64,000 bases of DNA from a virus. The first letter of the stretch is position 1. Every line of letters begins with the position of its first letter. Positions 21,102 to 29,909 of this stretch are shown here, in pieces. The translations under genes were made by a program, and so were the position numbers. The notes under the pieces are model-generated. The model worked only from the letters and a program-made list of their open reading frames with translations, did not search any database and was not told where the DNA came from. The DNA is taken from the IMG/VR virus record IMGVR_UViG_3300029999_000002, positions 25,141-89,140 of that record. One strand, 5' to 3'.

Positions 21102-21162
21102 AGTTATTCCTCACTGCGCCCACCATACAGCATTAGAAACAATTTGTCACAACCTGAACCCA

Positions 21163-21200
21163 AGAGGGACGTGCTTGTATAGGCGTCCCTCTTTTCTTGT
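21163..21200 (+). terminator. hairpin repeat B2 / intrinsic terminator
   Basis: AGAGGGACGT-GCTTGTATAG-GCGTCCCTCT then TTTCTT. Confidence 0.65.
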
Positions 21201-21225
21201 ATGACACCAGATAAGGACACAACTC

Positions 21226-24200
21226 ATGAAATTTTTGTATCGATTCGCCCTTGCCCTTGTATGTCTGTTCGGCCTGGGACAAGTTGCAAGCGCGCAATCT
21301 ACAACTGTTACAGCATCACAAATCAAGATCAGTGGGTTTCTCATCCCAACAGGACTGGTGACCTTTGCCCCAGTTGACATCAACGGCGCACCCATCTCGT
21401 TTGCAGACGGTACCGGCGCCCAGAACGGTCCTAAGGCCATCGCGTGCCAGATCGTCAACGGTGCCATCACTGGAGCCCTCACTGAATCCGGGTCCGTTAG
21501 CGGATCGTGCGTAGTCCCCGACTCCTCGCTGACCACTCCTCAAAACATTATGTACCAGATTCAGGTCACCGATCAGTCCACAGGACTGAGAACAAGTGGC
21601 ATTAGCTACACACTGCACACGGTTGTTGGCGTGTCTGGATCAACCTGGGCGCTAGACCATTATGGCCCCCCTGCTCAGACGACCAACGTGAGCCCTCTTG
21701 AGTCCAGTGTGGGCACCGTGCTTCCCAGCCCCTGCGTGGTGCCGTCCGTATTCACCTTGATGGCTTCAGGTGTGCTCTCAGGCTTCTACACATGTGTTGG
21801 TGGTACAGAAGTTCTCATCACTAATGGAACTGGTAGCGGCTCGGTAGGCCCTATGGGACCGACCGGACCTACTGGTGCAACCGGCGCTGCTGGATCAAAT
21901 GGTGCAGCCGGCCCCAACATTGTTACCACGTCGACCTCAACCACGATCACAGGATTGCTAAAGGGTAATGGCAGCAATGTGGGTCTTGCGGTTGCAGGTA
22001 CTGATTACATGCTGCCCACCAGCAACATCACAGGCACGGCCGCAGGCTTGAGTGCAGCTTCTGCTCTACCTAATGGCACCACGGTCACAACGCAGTCAAC
22101 AAGTGACACAAGTGGACAGGCTGCTTCTGATGAGTTCGTAGCTGCTGCCATTACAGCCTCAGGTGGTGCTGCTCCCGGAGCCTATCTTCAGACAGGTGCA
22201 AGTGGCAGTCAGACCATGGTGATCCCAGCTGCTGGCGGTCTTTTCGAAACGGAGACAAACAACACTCTAGCTTCTATGGTCATGCACAAACTGACGCTGC
22301 TCAATGTGGGTCAAGGATACGATCTCGGCAGCCCTTGGAGCACGCATAACACGCTGACTCTCAACGAACTCAACACTGTTCGCGGCAACAACCAGATGAT
22401 CCCAATCACGTTCAACAATTGGGCCGTGGGTGATGCGGATGGTTTGTATATTGCCATGCTGAACTTTGGTGGTAAGAAGTTTGCCAGCGACGAGGGTGTA
22501 AATACACAGACTTTGCAGATGCATCAGGCACCTGAGATTTATGGGCCACTAGCCACACCACAAGCAGGCAATCTGTTTGGGGCATTCGGTGCGCTAGTTG
22601 CTGGTAATACATTCATTTCTATTGGTGCTGTGTTCCCGGTCACGGGTCAAGTGCAGACTGTGAGCATCCCGTTCCCAAGTGGTTCCACTGCGCAGACAGC
22701 TTATGTCGGTGTTGGAACTTTGGGTACAGCAAACAGCATCACAATCACTCAAGTTGTTCCCATCAGCATCCCTACGACGGTCGGAAACAACACCCAGGTT
22801 TACACTGCTGGGTCCACACTTCCTACCTTGTTAGCTTCAGGTGGGCAGGTGCTGCTCTATTTCCAAGCTACGGGTGAGGGTCCATCTGGCACCTCTGTTT
22901 CTCCAAACTGTCTTCCTGCATCTGGAGTTCCGACTGTTGGAACCTACACGATGTCAACCACGAATGCTGCCTGCAACATCGGTGGCTATTATGGTGGCCT
23001 TGTTATTGAAGCAACCCAAGCTGCACCCACAGTTGGTGCAACGACCATCTGGATCAATCCTGTTAGCTACTATGGCTATCTGGACTACAATCTGAGCCCG
23101 CCAATGTTCTCAGATGATCAGATCGTCTATGACACAGCTTCAGTTGCAACGGGTACCATTGGTTCGCAGTCGACGCTGGAAGGTCTTGCTACTGGGTTCA
23201 CTCTTAGTTCAGGAACGGTTCCAGTTTCTACCGCGTTTGGGTTCCTGTCTGCTTGCTCTGGTTCGGGCAATGGTCAGACTCAGGTTGCAGCACTGGTGAC
23301 CTGCACGGTTACACCCTCTACCTCACCAGCGAGCGGTGCGTTCGTTGCACCCATCACGCTGACAGGTTCGACAACCAGTGGCAGCACGACGGTACCAGTA
23401 TCTTCCACCACTGGCATGATTGTTGGGCAGATGTTGATTGGAACAGGAATCCCGGCTTGGGACACGATTGCTTCCATTGGGTCTGGTTCAGTAGTCATGA
23501 CCACGGCCGCAACTGCGACCAACAGCACTGAAGCAATGCACATCAGGACCACTGTGGCTATCTCCGGATACTTCGGTGAGACCGCTGCGATGTCAACTGT
23601 CACAGCTTTGTCTGGTGGAACGCAGACCATTGCATTCTATTCGACGTATCCCCCCGTTGCTCACGATGGCGAGTTCATTGGACAGGGTGGTATGGCTGGT
23701 ACCGGCATGACAATTGCGAACACAGGCTGGGCTCCTATGTGGCAGATCATTGCTTCTATATCCAGCACTCAGTTCATTCTCAGCAACTGCGTCACTGGAG
23801 GCTGCTTCACTACCGGTTACCTTCCTGCTGCTACCAATAGTGCTTACTTCTATCCGATGAGCTATGTGAATGGCACCAACGGAGGAATCTCCGGATCGGC
23901 AAATCTGTTAGCAAATGATATGCCTGACAATCCAGGTGATGGCATCGAAGGTGCGCCGTCAACTGAGTATTCAGGCAACATCACCTTTGAGGTGTTTGGG
24001 CAGAATACCCCAATTGATTACTCGCAACCAAGCGGCATGCACTACATGTTGCATGATGGCCCGATTGGTCCTGCTTACGAGTGGGACATTCAGGAGAATG
24101 GCAGCCTGTTCACAAACACCATGATGTTGAACGGTGTTCACTACGGGTCTGTGTTCAGCTTCTCTCACTATCCGACCACTTGCTTTGCATGTTGGAGCAG

Positions 24201-24462
24201 TCAGTCTTCGGGTGCAGTCTTCACTCTGTTCGGTGTCTACAACGTGGGCAACTTCAGTGTTGATTACAGCGGGTTCCACTTCAACACGCCTCTGAGCTCT
24301 AACAACATTGTGTTCAGTGCTGCTGCTCCCACGACCACTACGGGACAGGTTGGCTTTGGATCAACAGTCGTTGCATCTAGCTTCTGCGGATCACTGAGTG
24401 GAGCAATTGGATGCACTGTGATTAACGTCGCAGGAACTGCCCATTATCAACCATACTGGTAG
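21226..24462 (+). CDS. signal-peptide-bearing fibre-like protein, paralog 3
   Basis: [23 protein letters not shown]|Q; first ~200 aa clearly homologous to 16849; G-X-Y segment; C-terminus GCTVINVAGTAHYQPYW homologous to 6851. Confidence 0.7.
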   Translation: MKFLYRFALALVCLFGLGQVASAQSTTVTASQIKISGFLIPTGLVTFAPVDINGAPISFADGTGAQNGPKAIACQIVNGAITGALTESGSVSGSCVVPDSSLTTPQNIMYQIQVTDQSTGLRTSGISYTLHTVVGVSGSTWALDHYGPPAQTTNVSPLESSVGTVLPSPCVVPSVFTLMASGVLSGFYTCVGGTEVLITNGTGSGSVGPMGPTGPTGATGAAGSNGAAGPNIVTTSTSTTITGLLKGNGSNVGLAVAGTDYMLPTSNITGTAAGLSAASALPNGTTVTTQSTSDTSGQAASDEFVAAAITASGGAAPGAYLQTGASGSQTMVIPAAGGLFETETNNTLASMVMHKLTLLNVGQGYDLGSPWSTHNTLTLNELNTVRGNNQMIPITFNNWAVGDADGLYIAMLNFGGKKFASDEGVNTQTLQMHQAPEIYGPLATPQAGNLFGAFGALVAGNTFISIGAVFPVTGQVQTVSIPFPSGSTAQTAYVGVGTLGTANSITITQVVPISIPTTVGNNTQVYTAGSTLPTLLASGGQVLLYFQATGEGPSGTSVSPNCLPASGVPTVGTYTMSTTNAACNIGGYYGGLVIEATQAAPTVGATTIWINPVSYYGYLDYNLSPPMFSDDQIVYDTASVATGTIGSQSTLEGLATGFTLSSGTVPVSTAFGFLSACSGSGNGQTQVAALVTCTVTPSTSPASGAFVAPITLTGSTTSGSTTVPVSSTTGMIVGQMLIGTGIPAWDTIASIGSGSVVMTTAATATNSTEAMHIRTTVAISGYFGETAAMSTVTALSGGTQTIAFYSTYPPVAHDGEFIGQGGMAGTGMTIANTGWAPMWQIIASISSTQFILSNCVTGGCFTTGYLPAATNSAYFYPMSYVNGTNGGISGSANLLANDMPDNPGDGIEGAPSTEYSGNITFEVFGQNTPIDYSQPSGMHYMLHDGPIGPAYEWDIQENGSLFTNTMMLNGVHYGSVFSFSHYPTTCFACWSSQSSGAVFTLFGVYNVGNFSVDYSGFHFNTPLSSNNIVFSAAAPTTTTGQVGFGSTVVASSFCGSLSGAIGCTVINVAGTAHYQPYW

Positions 24463-24485
24463 CTTATATAAATCAACTTCATACC

Positions 24486-24520
24486 GAGGGGCGCGCTTGT
24501 ACAGGTGCCCCTCTTTTCTT
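24486..24520 (+). terminator. hairpin repeat B3 / intrinsic terminator
   Basis: GAGGGGCGC-GCTTGTACAG-GTGCCCCTC then TTTTCTT. Confidence 0.65.
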
Positions 24521-24640
24521 GTTTATCGAGGTCTCATGGCAACGATCACCGCAGCACAGGTTGGCTCGATGTGTTAGAGAAGCTACAACATTGTTCAACT
24601 TGTCGCGAACCCAGTATTACCGAATCAAAAGAGGCGAGCA

Positions 24641-25159
24641 ATGGAAACCGCAATAACTGCAGAACAGGTTAGTGTTTTACTGGGAGTTGCTCCTAGCAAG
24701 AACATACCTCTATTTTTATCGTTGATCGCATTCAGCGAAGGTGCAAACTACAACACCATTGTCACAGGCATTCACGGCCCTGAAGTCTTCACGGATTACA
24801 GCACGCACCCATTTGCTAACGGACGGCCTCCACAGGTTGTCAGACTGAACCCGCTCCTGGAGTCAACTGCATCCGGCCGCTACCAATTGCTGGAGCGTTA
24901 CTGGGTCGCATACAAGAAGCAACTGAACCTGCCAGACTTCTCGCCCTTGTCTCAGGACAAGATTGCAATCCAACAGATTGGTGAGCACAGAGATGCCAAC
25001 CATGTAGGCGCCCTGACTCACATCATAAACGGTGACATCCAGACTGCGATCCAGTTGTGCTCAGCAACGTGGGCGAGCTTTCCGAACAACAGCTATGGAC
25101 AGGGTGGAAAATCGATGGGAACTCTGTTGACCAAATGGGCAGAATTGGTGGCAGCATGA
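24641..25159 (+). CDS. endolysin, lambda R-like lytic transglycosylase (GH104)
   Basis: IAFSEG, STASGRYQ, LPDFSPLSQD, WASFP motifs. Confidence 0.9.
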   Translation: METAITAEQVSVLLGVAPSKNIPLFLSLIAFSEGANYNTIVTGIHGPEVFTDYSTHPFANGRPPQVVRLNPLLESTASGRYQLLERYWVAYKKQLNLPDFSPLSQDKIAIQQIGEHRDANHVGALTHIINGDIQTAIQLCSATWASFPNNSYGQGGKSMGTLLTKWAELVAA

Positions 25160-25878
25160 TTCCTCAAATTATACCCCAGCAAATCCTAGCCTGGGCAAAA
25201 GCCACGCTAGTTGTGTTTGTTTGCATACTTTGCATTCCGGCCAGCTACTTGATGTTCCATGCTAACAAGACTCTGACCGGAGTTGACACAGCGGTAGCTG
25301 GTCTGAACGCAGCCTTGGTCACTATCAACAAGCCGAAGTCCGGAACGCTGTCCATGCTGGATGACACGATCCTCCAGATACGACTCACAATTGATTCTCT
25401 GAACAAGGTTGCACTCCATGAGCAGAACCAGTTGACGACTTTGGACTCAGACCTGGCCCAATTGGTGTCCCACACCAATGGAGCGCTGACTGCAGTCACG
25501 GGGACCGCTAATCAGGCGACTACAACCCTCTCCAGCGTGTCTCACAGCGTCCAGGACGTTTCCGACCATGTAACCCCTGCTGCCGACGCTGTGACGAGCA
25601 CCACGGTCAAGCTGGGAGCAGCGATAGACGCTCTGAGCCCCTCTGAGGTAGCCCTGGCTAAGTCTGTGAAGGACTTTGACGAGCTAGTCACGAGTTCCCC
25701 AGTGCAGCAGATACTTGTCAACATGGCGGATGGCACAAAGACCGGAGACCACATCCTGATTACAACTGATGCCCTGGAGACCAAGATGGCACAGTGTACA
25801 CTTCATCCGAACTTCGGTTGCTTCGTCAAACAGGATCTCTTGTTTGGTGCTCAAGTCGGTGGCTACCTATTGAAGTAA
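25156..25878 (+). CDS. TM-anchored coiled-coil protein (possible spanin)
   Basis: ATGA overlap with the endolysin; N-terminal TM then long helical domain. Confidence 0.45.
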   Translation: MIPQIIPQQILAWAKATLVVFVCILCIPASYLMFHANKTLTGVDTAVAGLNAALVTINKPKSGTLSMLDDTILQIRLTIDSLNKVALHEQNQLTTLDSDLAQLVSHTNGALTAVTGTANQATTTLSSVSHSVQDVSDHVTPAADAVTSTTVKLGAAIDALSPSEVALAKSVKDFDELVTSSPVQQILVNMADGTKTGDHILITTDALETKMAQCTLHPNFGCFVKQDLLFGAQVGGYLLK

Positions 25879-25892
25879 TTGAAAACAAACCT

Positions 25893-25932
25893 GCTCCCCA
25901 GTTGCCCTAACAGGCGCTGGGGAGCTTTTGTG
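25893..25932 (+). terminator. intrinsic terminator ending the late operon
   Basis: GCTCCCCAG...CTGGGGAGC then TTTTGTGTTT. Confidence 0.8.
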
Positions 25933-25939
25933 TTTAAGT

Positions 25940-25988
25940 GTTATGCAGTATTTATTTCCTTGACATCATTGAAGGAGTGTGTGATTCT
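25940..25988 (+). promoter_or_regulatory. sigma70-type promoter with upstream ATRCAG box
   Basis: GTTATGCAG-N11-TTGACA(25960)-N17-GATTCT with TG extension. Confidence 0.65.
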
Positions 25989-26025
25989 GAATGGGCGATA
26001 CAAAGCTTCAAGGAGAACCACCAGA

Positions 26026-26232
26026 ATGGCATTCAAGAAAGCAGTCTCCACATTCAGTTTGACTTCAGACTTCCAGCGTATGGCCGACACTGAGGACAAG
26101 ATCAATCGCAGAGCGACCAAAGATGCAGCCAATGCGCGCAACAAAGCAAACCAGAAGGCACTCGGAGCATGGCATGGGAGCAGCAGAGGGAAGATGAACG
26201 AGATCCCGATGCCAGCGAGGCGCACAACCTAA
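26026..26232 (+). CDS. small basic early protein
   Basis: ATG after AAGGAG, downstream of the promoter. Confidence 0.6.
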   Translation: MAFKKAVSTFSLTSDFQRMADTEDKINRRATKDAANARNKANQKALGAWHGSSRGKMNEIPMPARRTT

Positions 26233-26405
26233 TGGCTGACATCCGGGTTGAGCTCAAGATTTGTGAAGCCTGTGGGGCGCTGGGATTGCGTCCTGTTACC
26301 AGCCTGAACGCATACTGTGCACAATGCTCTAACAAACTGGGAGCCGTTGTAACACCTGTTCACAGGACGAGCCCAGGTCGCGCGCCAAGGATGGCAGTAG
26401 CTTGA
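26232..26405 (+). CDS. zinc-ribbon protein
   Basis: MADIRVELKICEACG...CAQC; TAATG coupling. Confidence 0.6.
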   Translation: MADIRVELKICEACGALGLRPVTSLNAYCAQCSNKLGAVVTPVHRTSPGRAPRMAVA

Positions 26406-26650
26406 TTCTCGGTGAGCAACATGCAATCACCTCGATAGCCGATGAGGGATTCGGCCTGATGATTCATGGCTTCCTTGTCTACACCGGGCCTGAAGAGGGT
26501 AGAGATCACTTCCACCAGTTGCTGACTACGTTCCTAGCTGGTGTCAGGTTCACGAACTACGAATGGGAAGATCAGGGCGAAGACGAGGAACAGGAAGGTC
26601 ACGTCATTCGTCAGTATTCGGTCATCAACAAATCGAAGTTGATTCACTAG
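26402..26650 (+). CDS. hypothetical protein
   Basis: ORF coupled to the previous gene. Confidence 0.45.
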   Translation: MILGEQHAITSIADEGFGLMIHGFLVYTGPEEGRDHFHQLLTTFLAGVRFTNYEWEDQGEDEEQEGHVIRQYSVINKSKLIH

Positions 26651-26659
26651 AGGAGCCCT

Positions 26660-26839
26660 ATGAACGCAAATGATCTCATCCTGTATACACACCGAGCCTA
26701 TCAGTTCAAAGCAAAGGTGCTGACCGGCCGACCTGATAAACAAGGATTCCTGATCGTTCGCAGGGATGACAACGGACTGATGTGTTGGGCGAACCCAGAG
26801 TTGATGGTAGCGATTGAGCAGCAATTGGAGGCAGCGTGA
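26660..26839 (+). CDS. hypothetical protein (59 aa)
   Basis: AGGAG RBS, MNANDLILYTHRAY..., GTGA overlap with the next ORF. Confidence 0.55.
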   Translation: MNANDLILYTHRAYQFKAKVLTGRPDKQGFLIVRRDDNGLMCWANPELMVAIEQQLEAA

Positions 26840-27015
26840 AGTATTTCATACGAATCAAGCAACCGGATGGAACCTGGAAGCGAACCAGGTGGACAACCAC
26901 TGGCGATGCAGCACGGCCATATCCAGTGAAGACCAAAGCTCGGGCAAAGGAATGCTTGAAGGATGCGCTAAAGATGTACCCGAATGAGAAGTACCGGATC
27001 GAGGAAGTGGCATGA
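26836..27015 (+). CDS. hypothetical protein (59 aa)
   Basis: GGAGG RBS, GTG start, ATGA overlap with the next ORF. Confidence 0.55.
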   Translation: MKYFIRIKQPDGTWKRTRWTTTGDAARPYPVKTKARAKECLKDALKMYPNEKYRIEEVA

Positions 27016-27194
27016 GCCATCAAGATGTAGTAGACGAGGTTTCAGACGCCCTACCTAGCTATATTCCAAATGCTATCAAAGAGAAGATACTTGATGCCGT
27101 TTGGACGATACTTCATGACAATTTACCAGATCCCGCCGATGAAGCATACGAGGCAGAATGCGCCAAAGACATTCCTCTTCCCAAGGGTAACTGA
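27012..27194 (+). CDS. hypothetical acidic protein
   Basis: Coupled ORF. Confidence 0.5.
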   Translation: MSHQDVVDEVSDALPSYIPNAIKEKILDAVWTILHDNLPDPADEAYEAECAKDIPLPKGN

Positions 27195-27325
27195 TATGTG
27201 GTTCTTATGCTCCGTCTCCAACAGTAAGATATGCGGAACTTCTGATTGACCGCGCTCTGTATGGCCGTATCAGAGGCGGGATGTAGAAACGGCCAGATTT
27301 ACCCCAGTACCAGAAGGAGAGAGAG

Positions 27326-27766
27326 ATGAAGGCAATAGCACTCTTGATGTTTAGCGCGGCACTCACGGCGGGATGTCGTAGTCAAACAGCGAAGCATAAA
27401 CCCACGTCAAAAGCGGTGGATGATTCCTGTGGTGCATCTATGATTGGTGCCACAGGTGGGAGCGACGGGACTCAGTACAAGTGCACCAAGGGTGCTGATG
27501 GCAAGGGCCACTGGGTTGAGGATCTGGAGGCCGAAAAGTCAATTCGCGAATTTTACGCTCATCGGTCAATGTTGCGGAGCGCTCTAACTACCCGCGTACT
27601 TACAAATGTAGAGATGGCAGAGGTGCTTGATATTGGATCGGATATTTTCGTGAACCCCTACGAGAGTTTCCGGCAGGAAGACGTGGATCAAAAATATCTC
27701 GTGGCCCTAAAAATCCAAGAGGAATTGCGGAACTTACATCTCCCGCCTACAGCCCCAAAGCACTAA
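27326..27766 (+). CDS. lipoprotein
   Basis: MKAIALLMFSAALTAGC lipobox; AAGGAG RBS. Confidence 0.7.
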   Translation: MKAIALLMFSAALTAGCRSQTAKHKPTSKAVDDSCGASMIGATGGSDGTQYKCTKGADGKGHWVEDLEAEKSIREFYAHRSMLRSALTTRVLTNVEMAEVLDIGSDIFVNPYESFRQEDVDQKYLVALKIQEELRNLHLPPTAPKH

Positions 27767-27796
27767 CCCCAGCTACGATAAAGGAATGGAGAGACC

Positions 27797-27988
27797 GTGA
27801 GCGAGAAAATTTGGATAGCGAAGGACGGATTTCCCGTTGAACACATCAAAGGCCGTTGGTTCACTAATTGGCTGCGCGACCTGATCCACGGTCGAGAATT
27901 GATGACGTGGGACGAATGGAATGAGGAGCAGCACAGGCGTCGAGTTGCGAGCGCACTAATGGGCGGATCATCCACACGCCTTCCTTGA
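27797..27988 (+). CDS. hypothetical protein
   Basis: GGAG RBS, GTG start. Confidence 0.45.
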   Translation: MSEKIWIAKDGFPVEHIKGRWFTNWLRDLIHGRELMTWDEWNEEQHRRRVASALMGGSSTRLP

Positions 27989-28176
27989 ACCCCCTGTAGC
28001 AAAGAACTGATGCGCTGCTTCGACGAAATGAGGAAAAATGGGATGAGCGATCTTTTATTGGGTCTAATACTTTTTGTTCTGCTGATTATCAACTTTGCGG
28101 CTTGGTCATGTGTTGATCTTTTGAAGAAAATTGCCGCACCACCTGAAGCAAAGTAGTCCCACCACAAGGAGCAGAG

Positions 28177-28914
28177 ATGGCAGACGTAGAAGAGATGAAG
28201 GCGGCACTCAAAGCGGCGGGTATTACGGTTTGGAATGATGGTGACCAATGGACGGGAGTTCATGACGAACTGACTTGGTTTGCGACGCCAAAGCCTTGGG
28301 CAGAAGCTGCGACCGAAGAGGAAGCCATTCGAGTCGCTTACGCCAAGCTCCCAGCAGATGCTATCCCCTCAGAGCCGCAGGAGCAGGATGAGCCGATACG
28401 TTTGGCGCGAACGAGAGACCACGAAGGGAATCCACTAACCGATGAGCTGCGAAAGTGGCATGATTGGAGCGAAGAAAAGCTACGCGAGATGGCTGCTGCT
28501 GAGGATATGGTCGGCGTGGGTTCAGTAGATGCGGTCATGGAGCAGATATTTGGCAAGCCTCCCACAGCCCCAACAGCAGCAGGGAGCGAGGAGCCGAAGC
28601 CGCTCAAGTTCAACCTTGAGAATCCTGGCGAGATGATTGCCGCGTCTGGAGCGGTGAAAGCATTACATGATGCTGGATATAGGGCGGCTCCTGTGGCATC
28701 CCAAGCCCCAGCCCCGAAGCGGCCTGAGGCTATCAAAGATGCTGGATTGGGAAAGAAGTATTGGGCACACGAAGCCGACGCCTACATGGACTATCTAGAG
28801 TGCCGCGTAAGGGAGTTGGAGGCCAAACTAGAAAGCGCGATGACCGAAGAAGTGATGCTCCGCAGCCAACTACTTGATCTCGGGAAAAGACCCGGCGAGG
28901 CCAACCATGAATAA
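28177..28914 (+). CDS. hypothetical mosaic phage protein
   Basis: AAGGAG RBS; long ORF. Confidence 0.6.
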   Translation: MADVEEMKAALKAAGITVWNDGDQWTGVHDELTWFATPKPWAEAATEEEAIRVAYAKLPADAIPSEPQEQDEPIRLARTRDHEGNPLTDELRKWHDWSEEKLREMAAAEDMVGVGSVDAVMEQIFGKPPTAPTAAGSEEPKPLKFNLENPGEMIAASGAVKALHDAGYRAAPVASQAPAPKRPEAIKDAGLGKKYWAHEADAYMDYLECRVRELEAKLESAMTEEVMLRSQLLDLGKRPGEANHE

Positions 28915-29239
28915 GCCCCTAGACACGCAAGAACTGCCGCCACTGCCTAAGCCGATGATGTCGAGTAAGCATTGGGACTCTGGAATAGAGTGGTCTCTGG
29001 CGGGTGAACGAGCCGTACGCCTAGAGCGCGAAGATCAGCTACGCGAAGCCTTGTCTCGGATCTCCCAGCTTGAGAAAGAGAACGCTGCGCTGTATTCCGC
29101 CTTGAGTGATTTGGTAGACGGGATCGAAGATGCGGGCGGTCACGATGAGAATGGAGATGTGTTCGCTATCGAGGATGCTGTATCCGCCTTAGAAATGCAC
29201 GAAAAACGGCTCCCATCCCCTCCCAAGGAGGCACTTTGA
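28907..29239 (+). CDS. hypothetical coiled-coil protein
   Basis: GAGG RBS; overlaps the previous stop. Confidence 0.55.
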   Translation: MNKPLDTQELPPLPKPMMSSKHWDSGIEWSLAGERAVRLEREDQLREALSRISQLEKENAALYSALSDLVDGIEDAGGHDENGDVFAIEDAVSALEMHEKRLPSPPKEAL

Positions 29240-29282
29240 GCTTCGAGCGCCTATCCGATCCGCTATTGAGGGAGACTCTAGC

Positions 29283-29474
29283 ATGAAGACTAGAACCATT
29301 TCCATTGGTCAGAAGTTTGCTGCAAAGGCTGGACTCATTGCTGAGGTCACGAAGATCAGGTGGGTGGGTAATGGTCGACATGTGGTGTTCGACTATGACG
29401 GCGGCTTCTCCATCCTGCCAGCAGGTGAGTTTCTGCGCCGATTCAAGTTGGTTCCAGATGAGATTGCTCAATGA
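29283..29474 (+). CDS. hypothetical protein
   Basis: GGAG RBS; ATGA overlap with xis. Confidence 0.55.
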   Translation: MKTRTISIGQKFAAKAGLIAEVTKIRWVGNGRHVVFDYDGGFSILPAGEFLRRFKLVPDEIAQ

Positions 29475-29677
29475 GTAACGCAACTGAGTACCTAACCCCC
29501 GAACAGGCCGCTGTCATCCTGAACGTCTCCCCGATGACGGTGATGCGCAAGTTCGAGCAGCGCAAGGGTGTTCTGGATCTTGGTACCCCGGAGACCAGGC
29601 ACAAGCGGCGGCGTCGTATACTCCGGATACCTCGTGAGGTATTTGATGCCTATGTCCACGAGGTTCGCATCCGGTAG
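29471..29677 (+). CDS. xis: excisionase / MerR-like HTH recombination directionality factor
   Basis: YLTPEQAAVILNVSPMTVMR HTH and LRIPR motif; adjacent to attP and integrase. Confidence 0.75.
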   Translation: MSNATEYLTPEQAAVILNVSPMTVMRKFEQRKGVLDLGTPETRHKRRRRILRIPREVFDAYVHEVRIR

Positions 29678-29681
29678 CAAA

Positions 29682-29874
29682 TTGGGAAAATTTTGTGAAA
29701 GTCTTCTGTTGGTTGGGTGCTTTGTGTGAGTTGTGTGACTTGTAGAATTTGTAACTTACACATTCCATTAGATAGAGGGATGAACGAATCCTTCCGGGCG
29801 CACCATTCTAAACTATTGAAAACAAAAGGAATAGCTGGTGGAGCTTGACTTTTGAGAAAGAATTGTGAAAGTCT
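29682..29874. other. attP: tRNA 3'-end core plus arm-type repeats
   Basis: CGAATCCTTCCGGGCGCACCA (29785-29805) is a T-arm/acceptor/CCA sequence; TTGTGAAAGTCT direct repeats at 29693 and 29863, each preceded by a TTGNGAAA copy. Confidence 0.8.
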
Positions 29875-29909
29875 CCAATCGAGGTTGATTCTCGGAATGA
29901 GGCTTCACC

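Noticed and set aside
16849-24462. Diversity-generating retroelement or shufflon acting on the fibre genes
   Set aside because: No reverse transcriptase or invertase in the window, no adenine-specific TR/VR pair and no inverted crossover sites seen.
29785-29805. Second tRNA gene
   Set aside because: Only the 3' 21 nt are present; upstream sequence gives no D or anticodon arm, so it is called the att core.
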